Assembly: GCF_006345805.1 (NCBI RefSeq)
Contig: NW_021826501.1
Location: 1 to 12,784, forward strand
Direction of reading: 5' to 3'
DNA from: Octopus sinensis
Taxonomy: Eukaryota
Length of the DNA: 12,784 nucleotides
The notes under the pieces were generated by a model. It saw only the letters and a list, made by a program, of their open reading frames with translations, was not told the origin of the DNA and ran no database searches. Numbering within the stretch: position 1 is the stretch's first letter; every line of letters starts with the position of its first letter. The translations under genes were made by a program, and so were the position numbers. Shown in pieces: positions 1 through 9,261 of this stretch.

Positions 1-99
1 GTGGTCTAATATGTGTGTGCACGCACGCTATATAATATGATTAAGAATATATTTCTTACCCTAGTATTAAATTCATGCTAGGGGGCTTATGCGATCACC

Positions 100-252
100 A
101 CGCATAAACGTAGTTGCACATAACACACCCAGAACACATATATACATATACATACATATATATATATATATACATACATATATATATATATATATGCAAT
201 ACATATACATGGATTTATATACCTATATACGTATATATATGCATATATATAG

Positions 253-290
<38 letters not shown>

Positions 291-510
291 TATATAATAT
301 TATATATGTATATATACGTATATTCATATGTATACATATATCTACATATCTATATATACACACACATGTATATATTAATATACATATATATGCCTATATG
401 TCTATAACGATAAATGTCATATATATATGTACACATACATCCCATACATATATAATTACATACTTATATGTTTCTCTATGTGAACACGCGCACATATATA
501 TATATTAATA
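100..510. repeat. Imperfect (TA)n/(CATA)n microsatellite tract
   Basis: Directly visible TA/CATA iterations; boundaries approximate. Confidence 0.9.
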
Positions 511-1084
511 TGCGCGCATATAAACACGTGGATGGCAATCTCTTCTTTCCGGACTCAAATTAAGTTTTCGCGCCAGAACGTAGAACGCATGACATTATCA
601 GTTTGCCATCTATGAAGAGCAAATACATAAGCTGACAGAGCTGATCCCTATTTTACTTACTTCCATTATTATCCTCCTTGAAGTTTTCGAATCACAAAAT
701 CGTAAAATGTAATATGCAATTCTCAGAAAAGTTGTCTGTCGAAGTTAATTTGCAAATATCATTAATAAACTCTGTGTGATAAGAGAGCCATTTCTCTAAT
801 TGGTCGGCAATTTCCTGATCTGTCTAAATTATTGGTGGTGTAACGCAAGGGGATGAAATTATTCCTGTTTTGTTTCCTATATAATTCACGTTAGTTATTT
901 GGGGATTTGCTCTCTGTTCGTGCTAACGTTATTCATGCTTATGTATATACATACATAAATGTATACATGTTTGCACCTGTCTCTTATCTTCTACTCGTCT
1001 CACTCTTTAGAACATGCATTCTTGAATATATACACAATTCCTGCAGAACGGATTCGTTTATTGTAATCAAATGATTGTGCCGCA

Positions 1085-1290
1085 CTTTAAGCTCATTCTC
1101 TCCGTCAAATCGACATCGTCTGAACTGGTTTGGTTTGAGTGCCACCCGTTAGGTATCGAAGTGATAGCAGAGCAACATCAGATGAAGTGTTTTGCCTAAA
1201 AAACACAACGCACCGCCCAGTATCGGAATTGAAACCATGATCTTACTATCGCAAGTGCAACACACGAACCACTAAGCCATGCACGCTCAC
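1085..1290 (-). mobile_element. tRNA-derived SINE, decayed
   Basis: Minus strand has a Pol III A-box TGGCTTAGTGG (1279-1269) and B-box-like GGTTTCAATTCC (1236-1225), then GGGCGG..TTGTGTT..GGCAAAACACTT, a block also seen in the SINE at 1449. The 3' boundary is approximate. Confidence 0.75.
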
Positions 1291-1319
1291 AATTGATATA
1301 CTTATGAAGACCACAGTCG

Positions 1320-1334
1320 CATATACATACATAC

Positions 1335-1405
<71 letters not shown>

Positions 1406-1409
1406 TGTA

Positions 1410-1448
<39 letters not shown>
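1320..1448. repeat. (GT)n-(TA)n microsatellite between two divergently oriented SINE heads
   Basis: Directly visible. Confidence 0.95.
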
Positions 1449-1746
1449 CGTGGAGGCACATAGCCTAATGTTTAAAGGGATCGCGGGTTCGAAACTATGA
1501 CTGGGCGATGTGTGTGTTAATGTGTTTATGAGCGAAACACTTAAGCTCCACGCTGCTTCGGCAGAAGGTAATCGCGAACTTCTGCTGACTCTTTCGCCAC
1601 AACTTTCTCTCACTCTTTCTTCCTGCATCTTTCAGCTCACCTGCGACGGACCGGCGTCCCGTCCAGGTGGGGAACCTATAAGCCAATGAAACCGGGAAAC
1701 CGGCCCTTACAGCCAGTCACTGCTCGAGAAGGAAATAAACACAACA

Positions 1747-1748
<2 letters not shown>
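1449..1748 (+). mobile_element. tRNA-derived SINE with a V/Meta-domain-like central block
   Basis: Degenerate A-box (TAGCCTAATGTT), B-box GGTTCGAAAC, the GAGCGAAACACTTAA block, and CCTGCGACGGACCGGCGTCCCGTCCAGGTGGGGA (1640-1673). The last resembles the conserved V-SINE/MetaSINE central domains as I recall them. It ends at a (TA)n tract. Confidence 0.7.
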
Positions 1749-1818
<70 letters not shown>

Positions 1819-1886
1819 ATATTATATATATGAAATATATATATATATATATGCATGTATGTATGTTTTGTATTTATGTTTGTATG

Positions 1887-1917
<31 letters not shown>

Positions 1918-1943
1918 TGTATATATATATATATATATATATA
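1749..1943. repeat. (TA)n/(TATG)n microsatellite
   Basis: Directly visible. Confidence 0.95.
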
Positions 1944-1949
1944 ATCATT

Positions 1950-2318
1950 AACTTACTTCATTCTTTTGACTGTGGTCATACTGGAGCATCGCCATAAAGT
2001 CTTTAGAGGAAGAAACACTATACTTATTCCGTCGGTCACTTATTGCTGAAGCGCTAAGTTATCGGGCCATAAACACATCAATATCAGTTTTCAATCGATG
2101 GTAGGGTCCAATTTGAATACAAAGAAACACAGACACAGATATATGCATATATATCCGACGGGTTTCTTTCAGTTTCCGTCTACTTAATTCATTGGAACGT
2201 CTTTGATCGGCCCGGGGCTATAGTAGAGTCGCTTGCTTAAGGTCCAACTGAGTGGAACTGAATTTAAGACGACATTGTTGGGAAGCAACTTCTCAACCAA
2301 ACAGCCAAGTCTTCGCCT
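1950..2318 (-). mobile_element. Near full-length octopus-type tRNA SINE, copy A
   Basis: A-box TGGCTGTTTGG (2307-2297), a degenerate B-box, and GTAGACGGAAACTGAAAGAAACCCGTCG followed by a short internal CA/TA tract and the 3' half. It aligns block by block with copy B at 4262-5386. The family label is from memory. Confidence 0.85.
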
Positions 2319-2377
2319 ATGTATGTATATATCAGGATGTACGTGTTAGTGTGTGTGTACATATGTGTATATAGAGA

Positions 2378-2379
2378 CA

Positions 2380-2466
<87 letters not shown>
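2378..2466. repeat. (GATA)n microsatellite
   Basis: Near-perfect TAGA/GATA iterations. Confidence 0.97.
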
Positions 2467-2550
2467 CATGCAAGATACTAATCTATACAGTCAGAATATA
2501 ACAATAACATACGTCAAAAAGACATTAACACATTTCCAAATACATTTCTA

Positions 2551-2615
2551 TGAGTGAGTGTGTGTGTGCTTCTGTATGCGGGTATGTGTGCATATGTGCT
2601 TCAATGTGTGTGTGT

Positions 2616-2652
<37 letters not shown>
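2551..2652. repeat. (GT)n microsatellite
   Basis: Directly visible. Confidence 0.9.
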
Positions 2653-2653
<1 letters not shown>

Positions 2654-2829
2654 CTGAGAAAATGCGGCACGTAGGAAAATATACTAGAAGAGACGATGTG
2701 ACTGTTGATAAGATATTTCTTTATCTTAGTGCATTGTACAATAAAACCCAGCCATAAAATCATTATCAGCCTCCATTGATTTCTTTTGATCTATTATTTC
2801 TGATGCAGGCAATCGCTCTCAGACATAGC

Positions 2830-3510
2830 AACACACACGCGCACACACACACACACTTACACCTGACGCACCGTCACATTACACGCTCGCATAGTCAAAA
2901 GAGTTTGCATACAAACATACGGACACGAACAATGAAACAGGTACATATACACATGTACATACATACATAATATATCTATACGTATATACATATACACACA
3001 CAGATATAAATACGTATATATATGTATATATATATATGAATATATATATATATATATATTATATGTATGTATGTATTCATATATATTATATATATTATAT
3101 ATATATCATATATATATATAGATATATATCTACTTACAGGAATATATAACACTTGTATATAGTCAGGGTAATTTAAATACATATAAATATGTAAATAATT
3201 CCGATGTGTTTGTGGTGTATATATGTGTGTGTCTCTTATACATACATACACACACACTCATATATTGAGATCGATAAAATCTTATTTTCTGTAATAAATA
3301 TTTTTTCTAAGAGACAGATAGATAGATAGAAACACACATTTATGTATATATATGTACATATATATGAATGTATACGCATATATATATATATATATATATA
3401 CATGCATAGATACATAAAATACATACAAATATATAGAGAGAGAGAGGGGAGAGGGAGGGGGAGAAGCTGATAGAGATATATTTAGACTGACAGAGAGACA
3501 GACATACATA
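2830..3510. repeat. Compound CA/TA/GATA/GA low-complexity tract
   Basis: Directly visible; boundaries approximate. Confidence 0.85.
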
Positions 3511-4004
3511 GTTATTGGGATCTAATCGACTGCATCTCCTCAGATATATTTTATGATGTATACAAATATCGCTGGATCTTTCTATTTCTTGTGATATATT
3601 TGAATAAAATAAAATAAAAACTTTCATAGTAATCCAACAGATAAGAGACTAAAAATCGTGTAAAAAAATCTAAAGCGAGAAGCTTATCAAATATAAACAA
3701 GGGAACATTCTTCCGGCGGAAGCGTTCTGCATCAAACATACGTAGGAATGTGTGTTAGAATACACTGAATCTTGTTTCCCCACCACCCCACCACCAAAAA
3801 AGATGTTTAAGTAATTTAAATCTTTCAATGTAAATGATAAATCTTGTTGTAAATCCCAAGAAAGATAATTATAAAATTTGAAATTATTTAGCAATATACA
3901 TCAGGCCTTGAGAATTCAAGGCACGTTTAGAGATATTAGATTAAGTCCTCAACAGAAATATAAATTTTAGTATATTTTTAACATTATTATTTTAACAACA
4001 ATTG

Positions 4005-4135
4005 CAGCGTGGAAGGTGTTTGTAAGCCATTTAAGAAACACACAAAAGCCGTTCGATTCACTTCAACATTTAAGTTTAATTTGTCAAAATATTTTCGTCG
4101 CTTTAAAACCGCGACCTGACAAAAATCCGTGCTGC
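4005..4135. mobile_element. Probable interspersed-repeat terminus, possibly Penelope-like
   Basis: Resembles a recurrent octopus repeat as I recall it, and contains nested inverted repeats at 4080-4123. The class is unverified. Confidence 0.35.
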
Positions 4136-4261
4136 ATCTGAGAAAGTAACAGTTAGTTCGTTATATATCACTTCGTTATATATCACTTGCTATGCAGGTA
4201 CATCTCCGTAATTATTATTTTAATAATTTTTATATAGACTTTTATATAGATTTTGTATATT

Positions 4262-5172
4262 TCATGTTTTACTTGTTTCCTTTCACTCGACTGCGCCCAT
4301 GCTTGATCTCTATCTATCTAGGTCGTCCCACAGGACGCCCCTTTTTAGGGGTTTCGTTTACGCATACTATAGGAATCATAGGGTGCTGCTCGATGTGGTC
4401 TCACAGTTTCCATCTAACTAGGAATACTAGGGTCTCATCCATTGTCTTCTTTTCAAGATCATCTGCATGACATCCTGCTAGTCCAAAGCCAAGAATCTGA
4501 TCTGTTAAGGTCCTGCCAATAACTAAATCCACGCCCTGCTTCCGACGCTTCGATTTATTGTTGTTAAGGTTCTGTCTGTCTCCTACCCTTCGACCTATCT
4601 GACCTGATAAAACTTGCCTGAAGATTTCTCTCCCTCCAGTATAGCTCTCTGGGCCAATGGAGCACACGGGCATTTCACCGTACTTGTTGAATTAGCCGTT
4701 GACTACACAGTGGTTTTCCACCCTTTGACGGGTCTTATTTTTCGTCCCGCAGGGTGTCCAACAATCACCCTCCTCGCCAAGCAAGCTTGATGGGCTTTTC
4801 CAGTTTAGTCGCTGACGACGCGACCATGCAACAGGTTGTAACTGGGTTACACGTTACCAGTAACTCTCAAGAGCGACCTGGCATGCTTCAGCATCCCCTT
4901 AAAGGGTTTATTCGAACAAATCAACCTCAATACTTACTTTTAAGCCTGGCGACTATTCTATCGTCACTCCTTTGCCGAACTGCTATGTTGCTGGGGCGTA
5001 AACAAACACCAGGTATCAAGCGGCGGAGCAAGACAAAGCAAGCGCAAAGACACACAATGTATCGATACACACAACCAGACACACGCACATATTCACACGC
5101 TCACACAAACACACACACACACACACACACACCACACACACCACACACCATATTATATATATATTATATATA

Positions 5173-5205
<33 letters not shown>

Positions 5206-5218
5206 ATATGTACCACAC

Positions 5219-5262
<44 letters not shown>

Positions 5263-5386
5263 ATATATATATACACGATAGGCTTCTTTTAGTTTGCATC
5301 TTCCCATACCACTCACAAAGTTTTTAGCGCGCAGTGGAACTGAACCCAAGACCACATGATTGGGAAGCAAGCCTATTTCGAAACCA
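4262..5386 (-). mobile_element. Octopus-type tRNA SINE, copy B, split by a nested insertion and with an expanded internal microsatellite
   Basis: GTGGAACTGAACCCAAGACCACATGATTGGGAAGCAA (5334-5370) matches copy A GTGGAACTGAATTTAAGACGACATTGTTGGGAAGCAA. Segment 4891-5045 matches copy A 1985-2130, and the tail GACTGCGCCCATGC (about 4289-4302) matches copy A GACTGTGGTCATAC. About 35 bp of the head region present in copy A is missing here. Confidence 0.85.
4307..4881 (-). mobile_element. 575-bp non-coding retroposon inserted in SINE copy B; RTE-clade 5'UTR-like
   Basis: Flanked by CATGCTTGA (4298-4306) and CATGCTTCA (4882-4890), with a (TAGA)n-like tail at 4320-4307 on the minus strand. Minus-strand GTGCTCCATTGGCCCAGAGAGCTATACTGG...AGGTCGAAGGGTAGGAGACAGAC resembles the RTE-clade 5'UTR motif as I recall it. 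The insertion is well supported; the family is less so. Confidence 0.7.
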
Positions 5387-5699
5387 ATTTTCCGTATCAC
5401 GACTTATTGCAAATTTCCGGAATTCTTGCTGCTTCAAAACCAACAGAATGCCACCTATAAATTTTGAATAAGATTTACTTATCTTCGTACCTGGCCAGGA
5501 AAATTGCATAATAGAGGTTTATGTAATCGAATTGTATTTATTTGATTAAGCGAGTGTGCGCTATTTTATCTCATTGCCAATCCTCTGATAAAAGATATCC
5601 GCTTTCAAAACTGGTGATATTAGAAATTCTGAGCAAGGAAGCTAAACTAAATATTTATAAGGCTTTTAGTCGACCGCTGCATCACGTTCGTGAAATAAT

Positions 5700-5745
5700 G
5701 AAAGTAATAATAATAGTAATAATAATAACAACAAACAACAACAAC

Positions 5746-5779
<34 letters not shown>

Positions 5780-5885
5780 TATAATAATAATAATAATAAT
5801 AATAATGATAATATAATATAATAATAATAATAATAATAATCATAATAATACTAAATAATAATAATATAATAATAATAATAATAAT
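5700..5885. repeat. (AAT)n microsatellite
   Basis: Directly visible, with a few AAC and ATAT interruptions. Confidence 0.97.
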
Positions 5886-6482
5886 GGTAAAATTTTCCCC
5901 CTACTGTCGGGCCGTCGATGACTAAACCGACCACCGCACAGAACTTGCTTTGTGAGGAATGTGCCTCTTGCTTTTGGTCGCCTGTCCGGATGAACAGTTA
6001 AACCAAGTTCCAAATAGATATGAGTAGCGAATCGCCCTTTTGCAGAGTCATTCCATTCATAGGGAAAATGGAATGCAGACAAATCAGGTACAGGAACCTC
6101 CTTCAATTCATGAGATTGAAGAATTTTGGAAAATAGTATCGAATACAGAAATAAAACCGTAATGAGAATGCAGAATGATCAAGGAACAGAAGAAGATTCA
6201 ATAATTTGGTATAGCAGATTCGATAAGATTCTAAAATTTAGAATCTATGGAAGAACTTGAGTTAGCACTAAAGAAAGCCAGCAAATGGAAATCTCCTGGC
6301 GTCGACAAAGTATCAAATTTCTAGCCATCCTCTCTACCAGTTACCCATTTTATGTTGCTAAAATGTTATAACGAAATTGTGTACAACCCTGAGAAAAGTC
6401 CTGACTTTTTTGCGCAAGGTATAACATATCACGTGTCAAAATCAAGAGAAACGAATATTCCAAAACATTATCGTCCCATCAT

Positions 6483-6606
6483 CTGCCTTCTCTCCACATC
6501 ATACAAACCTCTCGCTTGAATTTTGACTGAGATGACCAACATATTTATGGACGATAAGCATTTTTTCCTACTGCGCAGGAAGGTTACCAACGTGGGTCTT
6601 CCAACT
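6483..6606 (+). repeat. Inverted repeat, arm 1 (native RT sequence)
   Basis: Reverse complement of 7053-7176; 121/124 identical with no indels, checked base by base. Confidence 0.97.
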
Positions 6607-7052
6607 GTAAAGACCAACTTCTAACTAAGCGCATGACACTGGAAAACCTTCATGACAAACACTGAAAAATTTGAGCACTGCTTGGATTGATAATAAAAAT
6701 GCGTTTGACCGCGTTCCCTACTCATGGATTTTGAAAAATTTGGATATCCTGAAAATTACCCCAGTAATACCTGACTTCCTGAAATATATCTGTATGGAAT
6801 ACAAATTTCATATTGCCACACACTGATGGCACAATAAATTCCAGCAACATATTTATTGATTGTGATATTTTTCAAGGTGATAAGTTCTCTCTATTTATGT
6901 TTTACATTGCACGCTTACCTCTCACGCCATAACTTAACAAAACGAAATATGGCTACAAAATAGACCGCAAAATCATAAATCGTAAGTTTTATACGGATGA
7001 CTTGAAATTGTACGTCTCTATAAAAGTCTAAGTATATCTCTATAAAAGTCTA

Positions 7053-7176
7053 AGTTGGAAGACCCACGTTGGTAACCTTCCTGCGCAGTAGGAGAAAATG
7101 CTTATCGTCCATAAATATGTTGGTCATCTCAGTCAAAATTCAAGCGAGAGGTTTGTATGATGTGGAAAGGAGGCAG
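7053..7176 (-). repeat. Inverted repeat, arm 2 (inserted copy)
   Basis: Reverse complement of 6483-6606, with mismatches only at 7094, 7167 and 7170. Confidence 0.97.
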
Positions 7177-8214
7177 CCAGTTGGTAGGAATGTCGAAGAC
7201 AGTTAAGGTGTTCAGTAGGAATAGATTTGGGACTGGAAAAAATTAGCGAAAACAACATTCAAGACAATCAGAAGGATGAGTATAAATTCAATGGAAATAG
7301 ATGTGGATACAGTAATTAAGAAACTGAAATAGAAACAAATCCGCACGTATTTAGGGTTTAATGAAGATCAACGTGTTCATTACGCTGACATGAAAGAGAA
7401 AATTAGGAAAGAATGCTTCCGTGGAGTACATGCTATCTTGAAAACAGGGATCAACTTAGACAATAAGTTATCTGCTATAAACGTTCTTGAAATCTCAGAT
7501 GTCACCTAAAATTGCAACATCATAAATTGGAACATTAGAGAAATATAGAAAATGGACTTGAAAATCAGGAAACGTCTGACCTGTAACAAATTACATCACC
7601 CAAAACCAGACGTGGATCTCCTTTGTATCCCTAGTAAAAGCAGAGGTATCGGAATGATCCAGATTGAGCCGAGATGTAAAATATCAATCATTGGGCTCGA
7701 AATTACCTTAAAACTAAAGGACGACTGGATGCTGAAAATGGTCGCAGAACATGAAGAAAGAAAAAGTTACATTTCATCGCGAATGGAAATAGGAAGGTTT
7801 GCAAAAGAAATAGAAATACACCATAAGAGATTTGAAAATAATGTCGAACCAGCAGCTAAGGCTGTAAAGAACATGAAATTTTAGTGAAAACGGAAGTTCA
7901 ACGGAACTTGAGATAAGTGAGAACAAAAACCACGATACGTACAATATGTCCTCCATCGCAGCTTCATTATTGGAGCAACAGAACGCATATCAACCTGTCT
8001 GGAGCAAAGTATGGCTGAACTTGAGATTTGGGGAAGAGAATTCAAATCCTTAATTTATATGCGACAAATGGTCAAGATGTCTGGGACTATAAGAATTTGC
8101 GAGACGTGAAGAGTTAAAGGAAAAGAGATCAAAGAAGATACTTTTCTTCACAGCCTCGCTATCAGATATGGGGACGGTGAACATTTAGTCTAAACTTGAA
8201 AAGAGAAAGAGACC

Positions 8215-8958
8215 ATACACACACACACACACACACACAAACACACAAACACACACACGTGCGCGGCACCCACGCGCACGTATGTGCATACCTACCTACA
8301 TACGCACATACATACACACACACATACACACATACATACATACATACATACATACACACACATACACACACACACATACACACATACATACATACATACA
8401 TACATACATACACACACATACATACACACACATACACACATACCTACCTACATACACACATACATACATACATACACACATACACACATACATACATACA
8501 TACACACATACATACATACACACATACATACATACATACATACATACACACATACATACATACATACACACATACATACATACACACATACATACATACA
8601 TACATACACAGATACATACATACATACACACATACATACACACATACATACATACATACATACACACATACATACATACATATATACATACATACATACA
8701 TACATACACACATACATACACACATACATACATACATACATACATACATACATACATACATACATACATACATACATACACACATACATACACACATACA
8801 TACATACATACACACATACATACATACACACATACATACATACATACATACATACACACATACATACACACATACATACATACATACATACACACATACA
8901 TACATACATACATACACACATACATACACACATACATACATACATACATACACACACA
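8215..8958. repeat. About 740-bp (CATA)n/(CA)n compound microsatellite
   Basis: Directly visible. It is stop-free in all six frames, which explains the stacked ORFs. Confidence 0.97.
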
Positions 8959-8964
8959 TGTTTG

Positions 8965-9261
8965 ACCACGTCGATTTCGATCTATGAGCTACCAGCTGCC
9001 CGACTAACTAAACAACCACCGCTTAGAACAGCAGTATAAAATCCGAGCATTCCATAGTCAAGTCTCCTTTGAATTATATTTGGAATACAATCTCTGTGGA
9101 AGTAAGGAAAGGCGGGACATTTTGATTCGAAACGTAACTCCTGCGACAGGTTTGTTGTTGCCACAATGCAAATAGTTGCCCTCCCTGCCACACAGTGCCA
9201 TCGAACTCAGTTCCTCAAGGTTTTAAGCGAAATTCTTAACCACTCAACCAAGCCTATGGCC
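8965..9261 (-). mobile_element. tRNA-headed SINE-like element: head related to copies A/B, different body
   Basis: Minus-strand CTTGGTTGAGTGGTTAAGAATTTCGCTTAAAAC aligns to copy A CTTGGCTGTTTGGTTGAGAAGTTGCTTCCCAAC, followed by a degenerate B-box GAGTTCGAT. The extent of the body is uncertain. Confidence 0.55.

Larger units (their letters stand above)
6058..8110 (+). pseudogene. Decayed, 5'-truncated R4/Dong-clade non-LTR retrotransposon (reverse transcriptase and C-terminal remnant)
   Basis: Hand translation across stops and frameshifts gives, in order: EPPSIHEIEEFW (6094), WKSPGVDK (6286), YRPIICL (6469), CKDQLL (6606), AWIDNKNAFDRVP (6680), IFQGD (6867), YTDDLKLY (6990), GIDLGLEKLAK (7218), and HHPKPDVDLLCIP..RGIG (ORF 7552-7884). 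The IFQGD/YxDDLKLY/HHPKxDVD combination is typical of R4/Dong RTs. Confidence 0.9.

Noticed and set aside
1085-2318. A/B boxes as genuine tRNA genes
   Set aside because: No complete cloverleaf or terminator run; each head continues into a SINE body.
3551-3739. Minus-strand ORF beginning MFDAERF, reminiscent of the cytochrome P450 PERF motif
   Set aside because: No downstream FxxGxRxCxG, AT-rich low-complexity tail, and no convincing splice signals.
3905-3922. Hairpin GCCTTGA-GAAT-TCAAGGC, and CTTCC-GGC-GGAAG at 3710-3722
   Set aside because: Short isolated stems expected by chance. The first does not match the histone stem-loop consensus, and bacterial terminators are irrelevant here.
4157-4186. 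Exact 15-bp tandem duplication TTCGTTATATATCAC, and 12-bp direct repeat AGACAGGTGTAT at 10111/10130
   Set aside because: Two-unit slippage duplications; no spacer architecture, so not CRISPR-like.
4401-5206. ORFs 4401-4673 (-) and 4754-5206 (+)
   Set aside because: They lie within the nested retroposon, SINE and microsatellite; no protein motifs; the second crosses the insertion junction.
7552-7884. 110-aa ORF as a stand-alone gene
   Set aside because: It is a surviving open stretch of the decayed Dong/R4 ORF, bounded by stops.
8162-9039. Seven overlapping ORFs of up to 263 aa (HTYI/MYVC repeats)
   Set aside because: CATA/CA repeats cannot form stop codons in any frame, so these are artefacts. 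The same applies to the ORFs over 89-508, 1196-1461, 2264-3627, 5016-5400, 9538-10742 and 11205-11482.
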